Assembly: GCF_020745735.1 (NCBI RefSeq)
Contig: NW_026869102.1
Span: 56,367-120,366, forward strand
Length of the DNA: 64,000 bases
Reading direction: 5' to 3'
Origin: Hemiscyllium ocellatum
Lineage: Eukaryota
In this document: piece by piece, positions 1 to 10,209 of the stretch
Position numbering within the stretch: the first letter of the stretch is position 1
Layout of the letters: each line of letters begins with the position of its first letter
Notes under the pieces: model-generated
What the model was told of the DNA's origin: nothing
The model's database searches: none
What the model saw: the letters and a program-made list of their open reading frames with translations, nothing else
Made by a program: the position numbers and the translations under genes

Positions 1-149
1 CAGAGTACATCCAAAAGGCACAACTACTTGCAGATACCAACATCTACCCAAAGAGAGAGTCTGACCCCACCCCACAGCTCACCAATAGGATAAACACACT
101 GAGGAATCTACAAAAAAACGGACAGATAACCAGGTCTGACCTACAAAGA

Positions 150-900
150 ATGAAACCGGAAAGGAACACCACCCCCAGATTCTATGGACTACCTAAAGTA
201 CACAAACCAGACATCCCACTCAGACCCATAGTATCACTACCAGGGACACCATCACACAAACTGGCTAAAGAGCTACAGCAGAAACTGAAACACCTGATCA
301 GCAGATCCAAACAATCTATACAATCAACAGGAATTCTTGGACATCAGAAATATACACAGACAAGGAAGAAACCATGGTCTCATTCGATGTAATGGCACTG
401 TTCACCTCTATCGACAAAACCCTAGCCAGAGAAACAATATCCAACCTGCAGGACATACAGAACAGACAACAGGACGTTGAACCTATTAACAAAGACGGCA
501 TACTTAAACTACTGGACCTGTGCCTCACAACACACTTCACATTCAACAACCAGATATACGAACAAATCAACAGAACACCCATGGGCTCACCGATCTCTGG
601 ACTCACAGCAGAAGCAGTAATGCAAAGGTTAGAACAAACAGTCTTACTGCAAATACAACCCAAACTCTGGGTCAGATATGTGGGTGACACCTTTGTAATC
701 ATTAAAAACAGAAATAGAGAACACACACCGGATCATCAACGCCACCCTCACAGGAATCTGATTCACGAGAGAGGAAGAAAAGGACAAACAGCTCCCATTC
801 CTAGACGTGATGGTACAGAGAACACCGAATGGAGAATTCACTACAAAGGTATACAGGAAAGCCACACACACAGACTAAGTCCTGAACTATGAAAGCAACC
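150..900 (+). mobile_element. Penelope-like element (PLE) reverse-transcriptase fragment, degenerate with frameshifts
   Basis: ORFs 150-392 and 374-892 translate to RFYGLPKVHKPDIPLRPIVS, FDVMALFTSI, MGSPISGL and LWVRYVGDTFVI. I recall these as conserved motifs of Penelope-like element reverse transcriptases (GLPKIHK-type motif 1, the YVDD-equivalent box). The reading frame breaks between the two ORFs. Confidence 0.5.
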
Positions 901-1099
901 ACCCCAACCCACACAAACAAAATTGCATCAGGACACTATTCAAAAGGGCCACAACATGCTGCAGCACACCAGAACTACAAAAAGAGGAACACAAGGTATT
1001 CACCAAAAACAGATACTCGCACAATTTCATCAACAGATGCCTAAGGGAGAGACAACGGAACGAGGACATGCCGCAACCCAAGTTGAAAGGGTTCTAAAA

Positions 1100-1340
1100 A
1101 GATTTGAAAGATATAAAGGGACCTAAGGGGCAACTGTTTCACCCAGAGGGTGATGCATGTATGGAATGAGCTGCCAGAGGAAGTGGAGGAGGCTGGTACG
1201 ATTGGAACATTTAAAAGGCATCTGGATGGGTATATGAATAGGAAGGGTTTGAGGCAAATGGGACAAGATTAGGTTAGTCTATTTGGTCAGGATGGACTGA
1301 AGGGTCTGTTTCCGTGCTGTACATCTCTGACTCTAAGTAG
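1100..1340 (+). mobile_element. 3' end of an L2/CR1-like LINE (ORF2 C-terminus plus 3' UTR tail)
   Basis: Translation gives KGPKGQLFHPEGDACMEWAARGSGGGWYDWNI...EGFEANGTRLG, followed by the conserved tail ggtctgtttccgtgctgtacatctctgactctaa. The same tail recurs at 3100-3260, 7360-7445, 11600-11870, 22480-22745 and 32950-33140. Confidence 0.6.
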
Positions 1341-1419
1341 GGATATTACTAGTAATCAAAACCCTGAGGGGCTCTTGTTATAATGTGATGGTGCCTTGGG
1401 TGTGTGGGGGGGGGGGGGA

Positions 1420-2770
1420 AAAACACGTCACAGCTGGAATTCAGTATGTGAATTCAGTGAAACCGATCCTATCCCATGTCCTGAATGGACAGAATGCCAG
1501 TGTCTTTGCCTATGGCCCTACGGGAGCAGGTGGGTGAGTGACTGTCCACTGTCCTGCCTCTTTCCTTAGTGACCAGCCCCCTCAGAGCCTACAGCCTTAA
1601 AACCTGTCCTTTAACATTTAGACTAAAATGTCATGTTGCATTGTCAAACACACTTGCTGCACACCAGAAAATAGACAGGCAGGGAGGTTAAGGTCATGAA
1701 GGACATCAGTGAATCTGTGTCAACAGAACACAGTGATAACATTCACAGCTGTTCCTTTGTGAAATTAATAACTGTTTGATTCTGGCCTTGAAACAAAACT
1801 ATCAATTAACTTCTCTCCCCAATTATTGTCCTTCACTGTTGTCTGTCTAGTTAAGAATGCGCAGGGTTTTTGTAAACCTTCTTGTATAAAGGAAGACAGT
1901 TTGGGACCGTTCAGCACAGTACCCCGTCAGGGTTGTAGAAGAGCTGATCTCCCCACTAGAGACCACGCACCAAGACTTGGTGATTCGAGGGGACCAAGAC
2001 AAGAACATCTCCGTCCCCGACCTGACACAGCAGCACATCACCAGCTTCGTGGAGTTTGAGCAGTTCTTTCTGCCAGCCACACAGACAGACCACAGCCTGC
2101 ACCAAGTTGAATTGTCGGTCCAGTCGCAGCCACTCTGTGCTCCTGATTAAGGTCCAGCTAAGACGGGGCAGCCCATTGCTGTCGGGTCCTGTATTCTGGT
2201 TAGCCCGTTCCCCGGGGTTTCCACCCACGGGTGAATCCATTAACAGCGCCGTTGCCAGGCTTCCTCTCAAACCTGCGCCCGTAGACCCTCGGCTCACCGC
2301 AGGGCTGGAAGTGACCGCTGTTCCTCACCCTGCCATCTCCCGCCTGCAGCCTCCCGGGTGTTGCCTGGTGGTAGTATCCACCCTCAGGGCCTGGGAGCCT
2401 CCCCAGGGGCCGGGAGGAGCTGCCTTCACTTCCCAGAGCCCGGCCCGCGGGCCGATAGTATCCACTGTCCCCTCCGCCTCCACCACCGCCGTCTTAACGC
2501 CGGACAGTAGTTTGTACCAACGCCATTGGCTGAGCCCAGGCTCCTGTGTTCATCCACCTCACGATTGACCGAGTTCTCCATGTCCCTCTTCAGCACCGTA
2601 TCTGTTACACAGCCCCAGACCTACAGGCAGGGAGACAGACAGACAGACAACACCTGGGCATTGACACCAGAGAGACAGGCCACTGAAGGCAGCTACCATC
2701 ATACTTCCCTCCATCAGTCAGAGCATCAATTCTCGGAGGTGGGACATCCTGCTGGTCGGGTATAACAGGC
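1420..2770 (+). pseudogene. Mosaic, internally deleted duplicate of the downstream KIF22/satellite locus. It comprises an exon-2 copy, the 5' part of intron 2, an exon-4 copy, and the left flank of the satellite with one monomer.
   Basis: 1427-1830 is near-identical to 12717-13234 (including the [16 protein letters not shown] exon). 1953-2160 is near-identical to 14082-14290 (LETTHQDL...[17 protein letters not shown]). 2185-2770 matches 36648-37230. Junctions occur at short microhomologies (gatct; tgt). The copy ends with a single 30-bp satellite-type unit, gggacatcctgctggtcgggtataacaggc, at 2741-2770. Confidence 0.7.
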
Positions 2771-3090
2771 AGGGGTGTGGGCTGGGGGGGGGAACGAGGG
2801 GAAGAGCACGGGGGGAGGGGAGTGGGAGGGAAGAGAGAACAGTGCTGGGGCGGGAGGGAAAGAGGGGAGACAGCAGAGGAGTGGAGGGGGGAAAGGGGGG
2901 AGGGTAGGGGAGTGGAGGGGGGAGAAAGGAGGGAGGGGACAGTGCAGGTGGGAGTGAAGGGACAGTGGGGTGCAAACGATTGGGGAGGGGGGGTTTAAGG
3001 GAAAGAGAGGACCGTGGGGGTGGGGGGCGGAAGGGAAGAGAGTTTGTGAGATGTGGTACACTCACTTCCCCCTCCCTCCCTTCTGGAGGG
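2770..3090. repeat. G-rich purine low-complexity tract (GGGGA/GGAG motifs)
   Basis: Runs of gggg interspersed with a/ag over about 320 bp. The Pro-rich minus-strand ORFs and Gly/Glu-rich plus-strand ORFs here are composition artefacts. Confidence 0.7.
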
Positions 3091-3099
3091 AGTGGTGGA

Positions 3100-3600
3100 G
3101 GCTGGGACGACTGCAACATTTAAGGGGCGTTTGGGTGGGTATAGGAATAGGAAGGGTTTGGAGGGATAGAGGCCGGGTGCTGGCAGGTGGGAATGGATTG
3201 GGTTGGGATAACTGGGTCAGCACGGACAGGTTGGACCGAAGGGTCTGTTTCCGTGCTGTACATCTCTATGACTCTAGAGGTACAGGTTCATGGTGGGAAG
3301 GGGAAAGGTTCACAAGGATGTTAGAGGGTCTGAGCTGAAGGGAAGAGGCTGAGGGATGACCCTATAGAGGTTAATAGGGTCATGGATAAGGTGAAGGGTC
3401 AAGGTATTATCCCTCAGGGGGTGGTGAGGGAGGACAAAACTAGAGGGTCACAGGTTAAGGGTGAGAGGGGAAAGGTTCACAAGGATGTTGGAGGGTTTGA
3501 GCTGAAGGGGGGAGGCTGAGGGATAACCTTATAGAGGTTTATAGGGTCATGGGGGGGTCAGTGGGTAAGAACCAGAGGGTCAAAGGTCAAACATTTACAA
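3100..3600 (+). mobile_element. LINE 3'-end fragments (L2/CR1-like), partially tandemly duplicated
   Basis: The tail motif ggtcagcacggacaggttggaccgaagggtctgtttccgtgctgtacatctctatgactcta is present. A repeated roughly 120-bp unit contains aaggttcacaaggatgttrgagggtytgagctgaagggraggctgagggatraccytatagaggtttatagggtcatgg, which corresponds to the RGDLIEVYKIMRGxD region of ORF2. Confidence 0.5.
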
Positions 3601-3649
3601 AGGAACAACTTTTTCACGCGGAGAAGGTGCAAAGAGCTGCCCGAGGAAG

Positions 3650-4335
3650 CGATACAATAAATAACACCAGGAAAAGGCATAGTTTCCGGCCGGTTTTTAA
3701 CCTGTTTGCTGCTATTTTAAACACAACGAGCCTCCTCCCGCCTCCCAACCGCCGCCCGATTTAAATCTGATCAAAGCCCCGCCCTCCTCCCGGCCCGAGC
3801 GCCAGCGCCTCGCCTTCCATTGGCTACCCTCCGGGAGGTGGGCGGGGGTGATTGGTTGCGCGCGCGGGGCATTACCGACGTTGATACGGCAAGAGCAGTG
3901 ACTGGCAACGGGTTTATCCAATCCGATGGGGGAGAAGGGGTAGCCAATGGGAAGCGAGGTTAGGGCCGGGAGTGCGGGTGTTGGGGGGGGGTGAGAGTTG
4001 GAGGCGGCGGGGCCTCAGAGGCCGGACACGCGCGGAGTGCCCAATGGCCGCTGGGCCACGTGATCCGCGGTGAGGCATCCGATTGACGGGCGGCCGGACC
4101 AACCAGAGGCAGGTACTGGGTAAAGGGGCGTTCCTGAGCTGAGCGGCCAATGAGAGCGGTGTGGGGATGCGGCGGAGGACCAATAGGACGAGGCGCTCGC
4201 GCTCGGGGGGGGCGGGGCTTTGGTCAGATTTAAATCGGGCGGCGGTTGGGAGGCGGGAGGAGGCTCGTTGTGTTTAAAATGGCAGCAAACAGGTAAAAAC
4301 CGGCCTCTTACCTGGTGTTATTTATAGTAATCTGA
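3650..4335. promoter_or_regulatory. CpG-island-like core rich in CCAAT boxes, enclosed by about 125-bp inverted repeats. Either a candidate bidirectional NF-Y-type promoter or a TIR-bearing non-autonomous element.
   Basis: Left arm 3650-3775 and right arm 4195-4335 are about 90% reverse-complementary. Each arm carries atttaaat and tttaaa(a). The core 3780-4190 is CpG-dense and has at least 7 CCAAT/ATTGG boxes (3819, 3852, 3918, 3944, 4041, 4147, 4179) and one CACGTG at 4057. The right arm contains ATG (4279) GCAGCAAACAG followed by the donor-like gtaaaa at 4293. Confidence 0.45.
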
Positions 4336-6240
4336 GGTCACTGTACACTACACCCATTATGGTGTCACCATCCAACTATATCCCCTACATTCACATCCAA
4401 ATCATGTATATAAATGACAAATTAGTGGACCCAGCACCGATCCTTGTGGCGCTCCACTGGGCACAGGCCTCCAGTCTGAACAACAACTCTCCACCACCAC
4501 CCTCTGCCTTTCCCTACAGCTCAAACCCTGGCAACATCCATCTTTCCAATAGGAAGGAGATCAGAACTGCATGCAATATTCCAACAGTGGCCTAACCAAT
4601 GTCCTGTCCAGCCACAACATGACCCTCCCAACTCCTATACTTAACACTCTGCCCTACAAAGGAAAGCATACCAAACACCTTCTTCACTATCCTATCCACT
4701 TGGGACCCCACTTTCAGGGAGCTATGAACCTGCACTGTTGTTCTACAACACTCTCGGACCTTACCATTAAGCGTATAGGTCCTGCTAAGATTGGCTTTCC
4801 CCAAAATGCAGCACCTCAAGTTAAACTCCATCTGCCACTCCTCAGCCCACTGGCCCAGCTGATCAAGATCCCATTGTAATCTGAGGTAACCTACTTCACT
4901 GTCCACTACACCTCCAATTATGGTGTCACCATCCAACTATACCTCCTACGTTCACATCCAAATCATTTATATAAATGCCGAAAAGTAGTGGACCCAGCAC
5001 CGATCCTTGTGGTGCTCCACTGGGCACAGGACTCCAGTCTGAACAACAACCCTCCACCGCCACCCTCTGTCTTTCCCTACAGCTCAAACCCTGGCAACAT
5101 CCATCTTTCCAATAGGAAGGAGATCAGAACTGCATGCAATATTCCAACAGTGGCCTAACCAATGTCCTGTCCAGCCACAACATGACCCTCCCAACTCCTA
5201 TACTTAACACTCTGCCCTACAAAGGAAAGCATACCAAACACCTTCTTCACTATCCTATCCACTTGGGACCCCACTTTCAAGGAGCTATGAACCTGCACTG
5301 TTGTTCTACAACACTCTCGGACCCTACCATTAAGCGTATAGGTCCTGCTAAGATTTGCTTTCCCCAAAATGCAGCACCTCACGTTTACCCAAGTTAAACT
5401 CCATCTGCCACTCCTCAGCCCATTGGCCCAGCTGATCAAGATCCCATTGTAATCTGAGGTAACCTACTTCACTGTCCACTACACCTCCAATTATGGTGTC
5501 ACCATCCAACTATACCTCCTACGTTCACATCCAAATCATTGATATAAATGCCGAAAAGTAGTGGACCCAGCACCGATCCTTGTGGCACTCCACTGGGCAC
5601 AGGCCTCCAGTCTGAAAAACATCTCTCCACCGCCACCCTCTGTCTTTCCCTACAGCTCAAACCCTGCCAACATCCATCTTTCCAATAGGAAGGAGATCAG
5701 AACTGCATGCAATATTCCAACAGTGGCCTAACCAATGTCCTGTCCAGCCACAACATGACCCTCCCAACTCCTATACTTAACACTCTGCCCTACAAAGGAA
5801 AGCATACCAAACACCTTCTTCACTATCCTATCCACTTGGGACCCCACTTTCAAGGAGCTATGAACCTGCACTGTTGTTCTACAACACTCTCAGACCTTAC
5901 CATTAAGCGTATAGGTCCTGCTAAGATTGGCTTTCCCCAAAATGCAGCACCTCACGTTTACCCAAGTTAAACTCCATCTGCCACTCCTCAGCCCATTGGC
6001 CCAGCTGATCAAGATCCCATTGTAATCTGAGGTAACCTACTTCACTGTCCACTACACCTCCAATTATGGTGTCACCATCCAACTATACCTCCTACATTCA
6101 CATCCAAATCATTTATATAAATGCCGAAAAGTAGTGGACCCAGCACCGATCCTTGTGACACTCCACTGGGCACAGGCCTCCAGTCTGAAAAACAACTCTC
6201 CACCACCACCCTCTGTCTTCTCCCTTCAAGCCTGTTCTGG
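4320..6240 (-). mobile_element. Tandem array of about 3.3 copies of a 573-bp internal segment of an L2/CR1-like LINE reverse-transcriptase region
   Basis: Minus-strand ORFs 4592-4936 and 5155-5439 translate to DDTIIGGVVDSEVGYLRLQWDLDQLGQWAEEWQMEFN...RIVKKVFGMLSFVGQSVKYRSWEGHVVAGQDIG, which is LINE reverse-transcriptase sequence. Identical plus-strand ORFs start at 4571, 5134 and 5707, giving a period of 563-573 bp. Confidence 0.7.
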
Positions 6241-7030
6241 ATCCAAATGGCTAGTTCTCCCTGTATTCCATGAGATCTAACCTTGCTAACCAGTCTCCCA
6301 TGGGGAACCTTGGGAAACACCTTACTGAAGGCCATATAGATCACGTCCACTGCTCTGCCCTCCTTCGGGACCAACAGGCCTGGGTTCAAATCCCACTTGT
6401 CCCAGAAACTTTTATTAGCGCCTCTGAACAAGCGAATTACCAAACATTGAACCAAATACTAAAATGTACAAGCAAAAGTAAGTAAGAGCATGTTAAGGTC
6501 AAAATGTTAGTGGATGAGCCCCAGCCAGAAGCCAGCTCTTAAATACAACTTACACTCGATCAACTCTGGAGCTATTCCGGCATACCTTTCAAACAAACAT
6601 CACTTCCAGGCCGACACTCTCTGGACGGAGGTGAAGGGAGGAGTATGCTGGCTTGCAACGCAGAGTGATACCAACAGCATGTCCCAATCTCTCTCCACAG
6701 GAACATTTTCCCAAGCCTCCACCACCACCCTCTGTCTTCTACCTTCGAACCAGTTCTGTATCCAAATGGCTAGTTCTCCCTGTATTCCATGAGATCTAAC
6801 CTTGCTAATCAGTCTTCTATGGGGATCCTTGTCGAACGCCTTACTGGAGTCCATATAGATCACATCTACTGCTCTGCCATCATCAGTCTTCTTTGTTGCT
6901 TCTTCAAAAAACTCAATCAAGTTTGTGAGACAGGATTTCCCACGCACAAAGCCATGCTGACTATCCCAAATCAGTCCTTGCCTTTCCAAAGACATGTACA
7001 TCCTGTCCCTCCTCATTCTCTCTAATTTTG
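6240..7030 (-). mobile_element. Two LINE reverse-transcriptase fragments ([17 protein letters not shown]...RRQRVVVE), each interrupted by a roughly 330-bp insert with a tRNA-like segment
   Basis: Minus-strand ORFs 6072-6455 and 6600-7016 contain [40 protein letters not shown]. The insert (antisense 6240-6600) includes ggttcaaatcccacttgtcccag, a tRNA T-arm-like sequence. The inverted counterpart lies at 10230-10860. Confidence 0.65.
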
Positions 7031-7141
7031 TCTTCCCTCACCTTGTCCTGAGGGAAAAGACCTTGACCCTTCACCTTATCAATGACCCTATACTCCTCTC
7101 AAAGGTCAACCCTCAGCTTCTCCCTAAAGCTCAAACCTTCC

Positions 7142-7447
7142 GTGGGTGGCATGGTGGTTAGCACTGCTGCCTCACAGCGCCAGAGACCCGGGTTCAATTC
7201 CCGACTCAGGCGACTGACTGTGTGGAGTTTGCACGTTCTCCCCGTGTCTGCGTGGGTTTCCTCCGGGTGCTCCGGTTTCCTCCCACAGTCCAAAGATGTG
7301 CGGGTCAGGTGAATTGGCCATGCTAAATTGCCCGTAGTGTTAGGTAAGGGGTAAATATAGGGGTATGGGTGGGCTGCACTTCGGTGGGTCGGTGTGGACT
7401 TGTTGGGCCGAAGGGCCTGTTTCCACACTGTAAGTAATCTAACCTAA
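7142..7447 (+). mobile_element. tRNA-derived SINE (shark-type, conserved central domain and LINE-like tail)
   Basis: tRNA-like head gtgggtggcatggtggttagcactgctgcctcacagcgccagagacccgggttcaattcccg. Body ...gtgggtttcctccgggtgctccggtttcctcccacagtccaaagatgtgcgggtcaggtgaattggccatgctaaattgcccgtagtgttaggtaagggg... Tail ggccgaagggcctgtttccacactgtaagtaatctaa. Reverse-orientation copies lie at 22160-22478 and 24750-25052. Confidence 0.75.
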
Positions 7448-8340
7448 TCCTTGTTAATCTTTCCCTTTCTCACCTCAAACCTATACCCCTCTAGTTTTGG
7501 CCTCCCCTGAGCAATAGTGCTTGACTGTACACCTTGTATATGACCCCTGTGACCTTTATGAACCTCTATACGTTGCCACCCCCCAGCCTCTTCCCATACC
7601 TCAAAGCCTGACAGCCTCACTTGTAAGTCTTTCCTGAACCCTTTCCAAGTTTAGCAATATCCTTCCTGGAGCAGGGAGACCAGAATCGAACACCGCATTC
7701 CAAATGCGGCCTGATTGTAAGACGTTGGAGCAGAAATTAGGCCATTCAGCCCATCGAGTCTGCTGTGTCAGTTGATCGTGGCTGATGGGTCTTTCAACCG
7801 CATTTTCCTGCTTTCTCTCTGTAACCTTTGATCCCCTTTGGCAATCAAGAACTTATCTATCACTGATTTAAATGTGCCCAATGACCTGGCCTCCATAGAT
7901 TCCCCACTCTCTGGCTGGAAGAAGTTTCTCCTTCTCTCAGTACTACAGGGTCTTCCCTTTAGTCTAAGGCTGTGCCCTTGGGTCCCAGTCTCTCCTGCCA
8001 ATGGGAACGTCTTCCCAACATCCACTCTGTCCAGTCTGGTCAGTATCCTGTAAGTTTCAATCTGATTCCACTTCCCCCTTCTAAAACCCATGTCCCAGTG
8101 TACAGCTGTGAGGTGACCTCCCACCTTCTATACTCCATATCCTGCCCAATAAAGGCCAAATTCGGCCTTTGCTATCCGATCTTACTGCGACTCCACTTTC
8201 AAGGAACAATGAACCTGTACCCCCAGGGGAACACTCCCAGGACGTCACCATTAAGTACATCAGTCATGCCCTGGTTTGCCTTTCCAAAAATGCAACATCT
8301 TACACTTATCTAGATTAAACTCCATCTGCCAATCTGTTCA
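7447..8340 (-). mobile_element. LINE ORF2 C-terminal region fragments, antisense
   Basis: The reverse complement of 7640-7730 encodes ...RPHLECGVRFWSPCSRKDIAKLGKGSGKTYK, matching the LEYCVQFWSPHYRKDVxxLERVQ(R)RFTR region of L2/CR1 ORF2. Confidence 0.5.
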
Positions 8341-8399
8341 AGGTCCTGTTGGACTCTGAACTTTCTTCATTGTTCACTACCCCACCAATTTTGATGCCA

Positions 8400-8870
8400 T
8401 GACCCCTGGACTAAATGCACTGACTCGTAAAGGCAAGTGTACTTAATGCTGCCTTCACTCCATCCTGTGTACCTGTGACCCTGCTTTCAAGGCACTGCCA
8501 ACCCACACCCCATCAAGGACACGTTTGACCAAGTGTGGCATCAAGGAGCCTGGGTAAAACTGGAATCGATGGGGATGGAGAACTTCCCTGGCACATAGGA
8601 GGCCAGTCCTCTCAATTCCAGGACATGCCTGGAGGACCTCCTGAGGATCATGCCCTGGAGCCAACCAGCTTCAGCTGCTTTATCGCTGACCTTGTCTCTG
8701 CTGTAAGGTCAGAAGTGGGGACGTTGGCCAATGAGTGCACAATGTTCAGCAGCTTTCACAACTTCTTAGATACTGAAGCAGTCCAGAAGCAACAAGACCT
8801 GGATTCTGTTCAGGTTTGGGCTGACAAGTGGCAAGTGATATTCGCATTGCACAAGTGCTAGGCAATGACT
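8400..8870 (+). mobile_element. LINE reverse-transcriptase fragment
   Basis: ORF 8535-8861 reads ...FIADLVSAVRSEVGTLANECTMFSS...QQDLDSVQVWADKWQVIFALHKC. This matches the RT motif (M)F(A)DD..., then Q.DLD.I..WA.KWQM.FN..KC. Confidence 0.55.
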
Positions 8871-9019
8871 CTCCTATTGGAAACAATCTAACCACTGCCT
8901 CGTGACATTCGGTGGTGTTGCTATCATAGAATCCCCCGCTACTAACATCCTGGGGGTTACCTTTTATCAGAAGCTGAACTGGACTCTCCATACAAATAAA
9001 AAATGAGGTCTGCAGATGC

Positions 9020-9201
9020 TGGAGATCACAGCTGCAAATGTGTTGCTGGTCAAAGCACAGCAGGCCAGGCAGCATCTCAGGAATAGAGAATTCGACGTTT
9101 CGAGCAAGGGCTTATGCTCGAAACGTCGAATTCTCTATTCCTGAGATGCTGCCTGGCCTGCTGTGCTTTGACCAGCAACACATTTGCAGCTGTGATCTCC
9201 A
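9020..9201. repeat. Perfect 86-bp-arm palindrome (foldback/hairpin repeat) with a 10-nt loop
   Basis: 9020-9105 is the exact reverse complement of 9116-9201 (tggagatcacagctgcaaatgtgttgctggtcaaagcacagcaggccaggcagcatctcaggaatagagaattcgacgtttcgagc, loop aagggcttat). Degenerate members of the same family lie at 31375-31560 and 16335-16400. Confidence 0.85.
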
Positions 9202-9299
9202 TACAAATACTGCAGTTACTCAAACAGATCAGAAACTGGGAATCCTACAGCCAGTAATTCAGCTCCTGGCTTCCCCAAAGCCTGTCTAATGTTTACCAA

Positions 9300-9800
9300 G
9301 TACAAGGTGGGAGTGTGATAGAATATTCCCCACTTGTCTGGATGGCCACAGCTCCAATACTTGAGGCTTGACCCCTAACCTGAACAAAGTAACTTGACTG
9401 GTACCACATCCACACTCTCCACTACCAGCAGCAGTGTGTATCATCTACAAGGTGTACTGCAGGAGTTTGCCAAAGCTCCTGCACCAACACCTTCCAAACC
9501 TGTGGCCCCTTCCATTGAGAAGGACAAGGGCTGCAGATACATGGGAACTCCACCCCCTGCAAGTTCCCCTCTGTGCCCCTCACCATCGAGATTTGGAATA
9601 CATCGCCATTCCTTCAGTGGTGTTGGATCAAAATCCTGGAAATCCTTCCCTCAGGGCATTGTGGGTTTACCTACAGCACATGGACTGCAGTGGTTCAAAG
9701 AGGGAGCTGACCACCATCTTCTCAAGGGGCAATGAGAGATGGCTGGTAAATGCTGGGTCAGCCAGTGGTACTCACATCCAACAAGCTCTCCCTCAGCAGT
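9300..9800 (+). repeat. Unclassified interspersed repeat (SINE-like family). A second copy lies at 29300-29800.
   Basis: 9470-9790 aligns with 29480-29790: ...caccttccaaacc...agaaggacaagggytgcagayacatgggaacyccacc...caagttcccctctg...tggttcaagaaggcagctcaccaccatcttctcaagggcaa...gctgggycagccagtg... Confidence 0.55.
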
Positions 9801-9862
9801 AATGACCCTATTGTTAACTGTTTTTATCTTTTTCTCTCTTTCTCCATCCAGTGCAGTTGACA

Positions 9863-10065
9863 ATGTCTAACCTACCTCCTGCGGATGTGCAGCCCTTTAG
9901 GAAGATGGCCAGTTCCCATCACCGCCGGGTGAAGGTGGTGGTCCGGCTCCGACCCTACCAGTCCACAGAGGATGAGCAGCAGGAGGGCCCCTGTGTGCGT
10001 GGCCTAGGCACCCGCTCGCTGGAACTTGTGAACTGGAGGAGCCGGACAGAATCCATGCAGTACAA
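9863..10065 (+). CDS. KIF22: KIF22 (chromokinesin Kid) coding exon 1. ATG at 9863. GTGAGT donor at 10066.
   Basis: Translates to MSNLPPADVQPFRKMASSHHRRVKVVVRLRPYQSTEDEQQEGPCVRGLGTRSLELVNWRSRTESMQY(K/N). Human KIF22 has VRVAVRLRPFVDG...[27 protein letters not shown]. Confidence 0.8.
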
Positions 10066-10209
10066 GTGAGTGTCCTACAGGTGCCCCTACACTGACAGAC
10101 CCATGCCCACCATCCCACCACCTCCTGGCTGGGACTGATGTGGCTGTAAGGTCAGAACAGAGCACAATTGCAGAGATCCGAGTTAACACTCAGCAGTGAT
10201 AATACCCTT

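Noticed and set aside
2718-3119. Proline-rich 133-aa and 111-aa minus-strand ORFs and Gly/Glu-rich plus-strand ORFs
   Set aside because: They are the translation of a G-rich purine low-complexity tract. They have no gene context.
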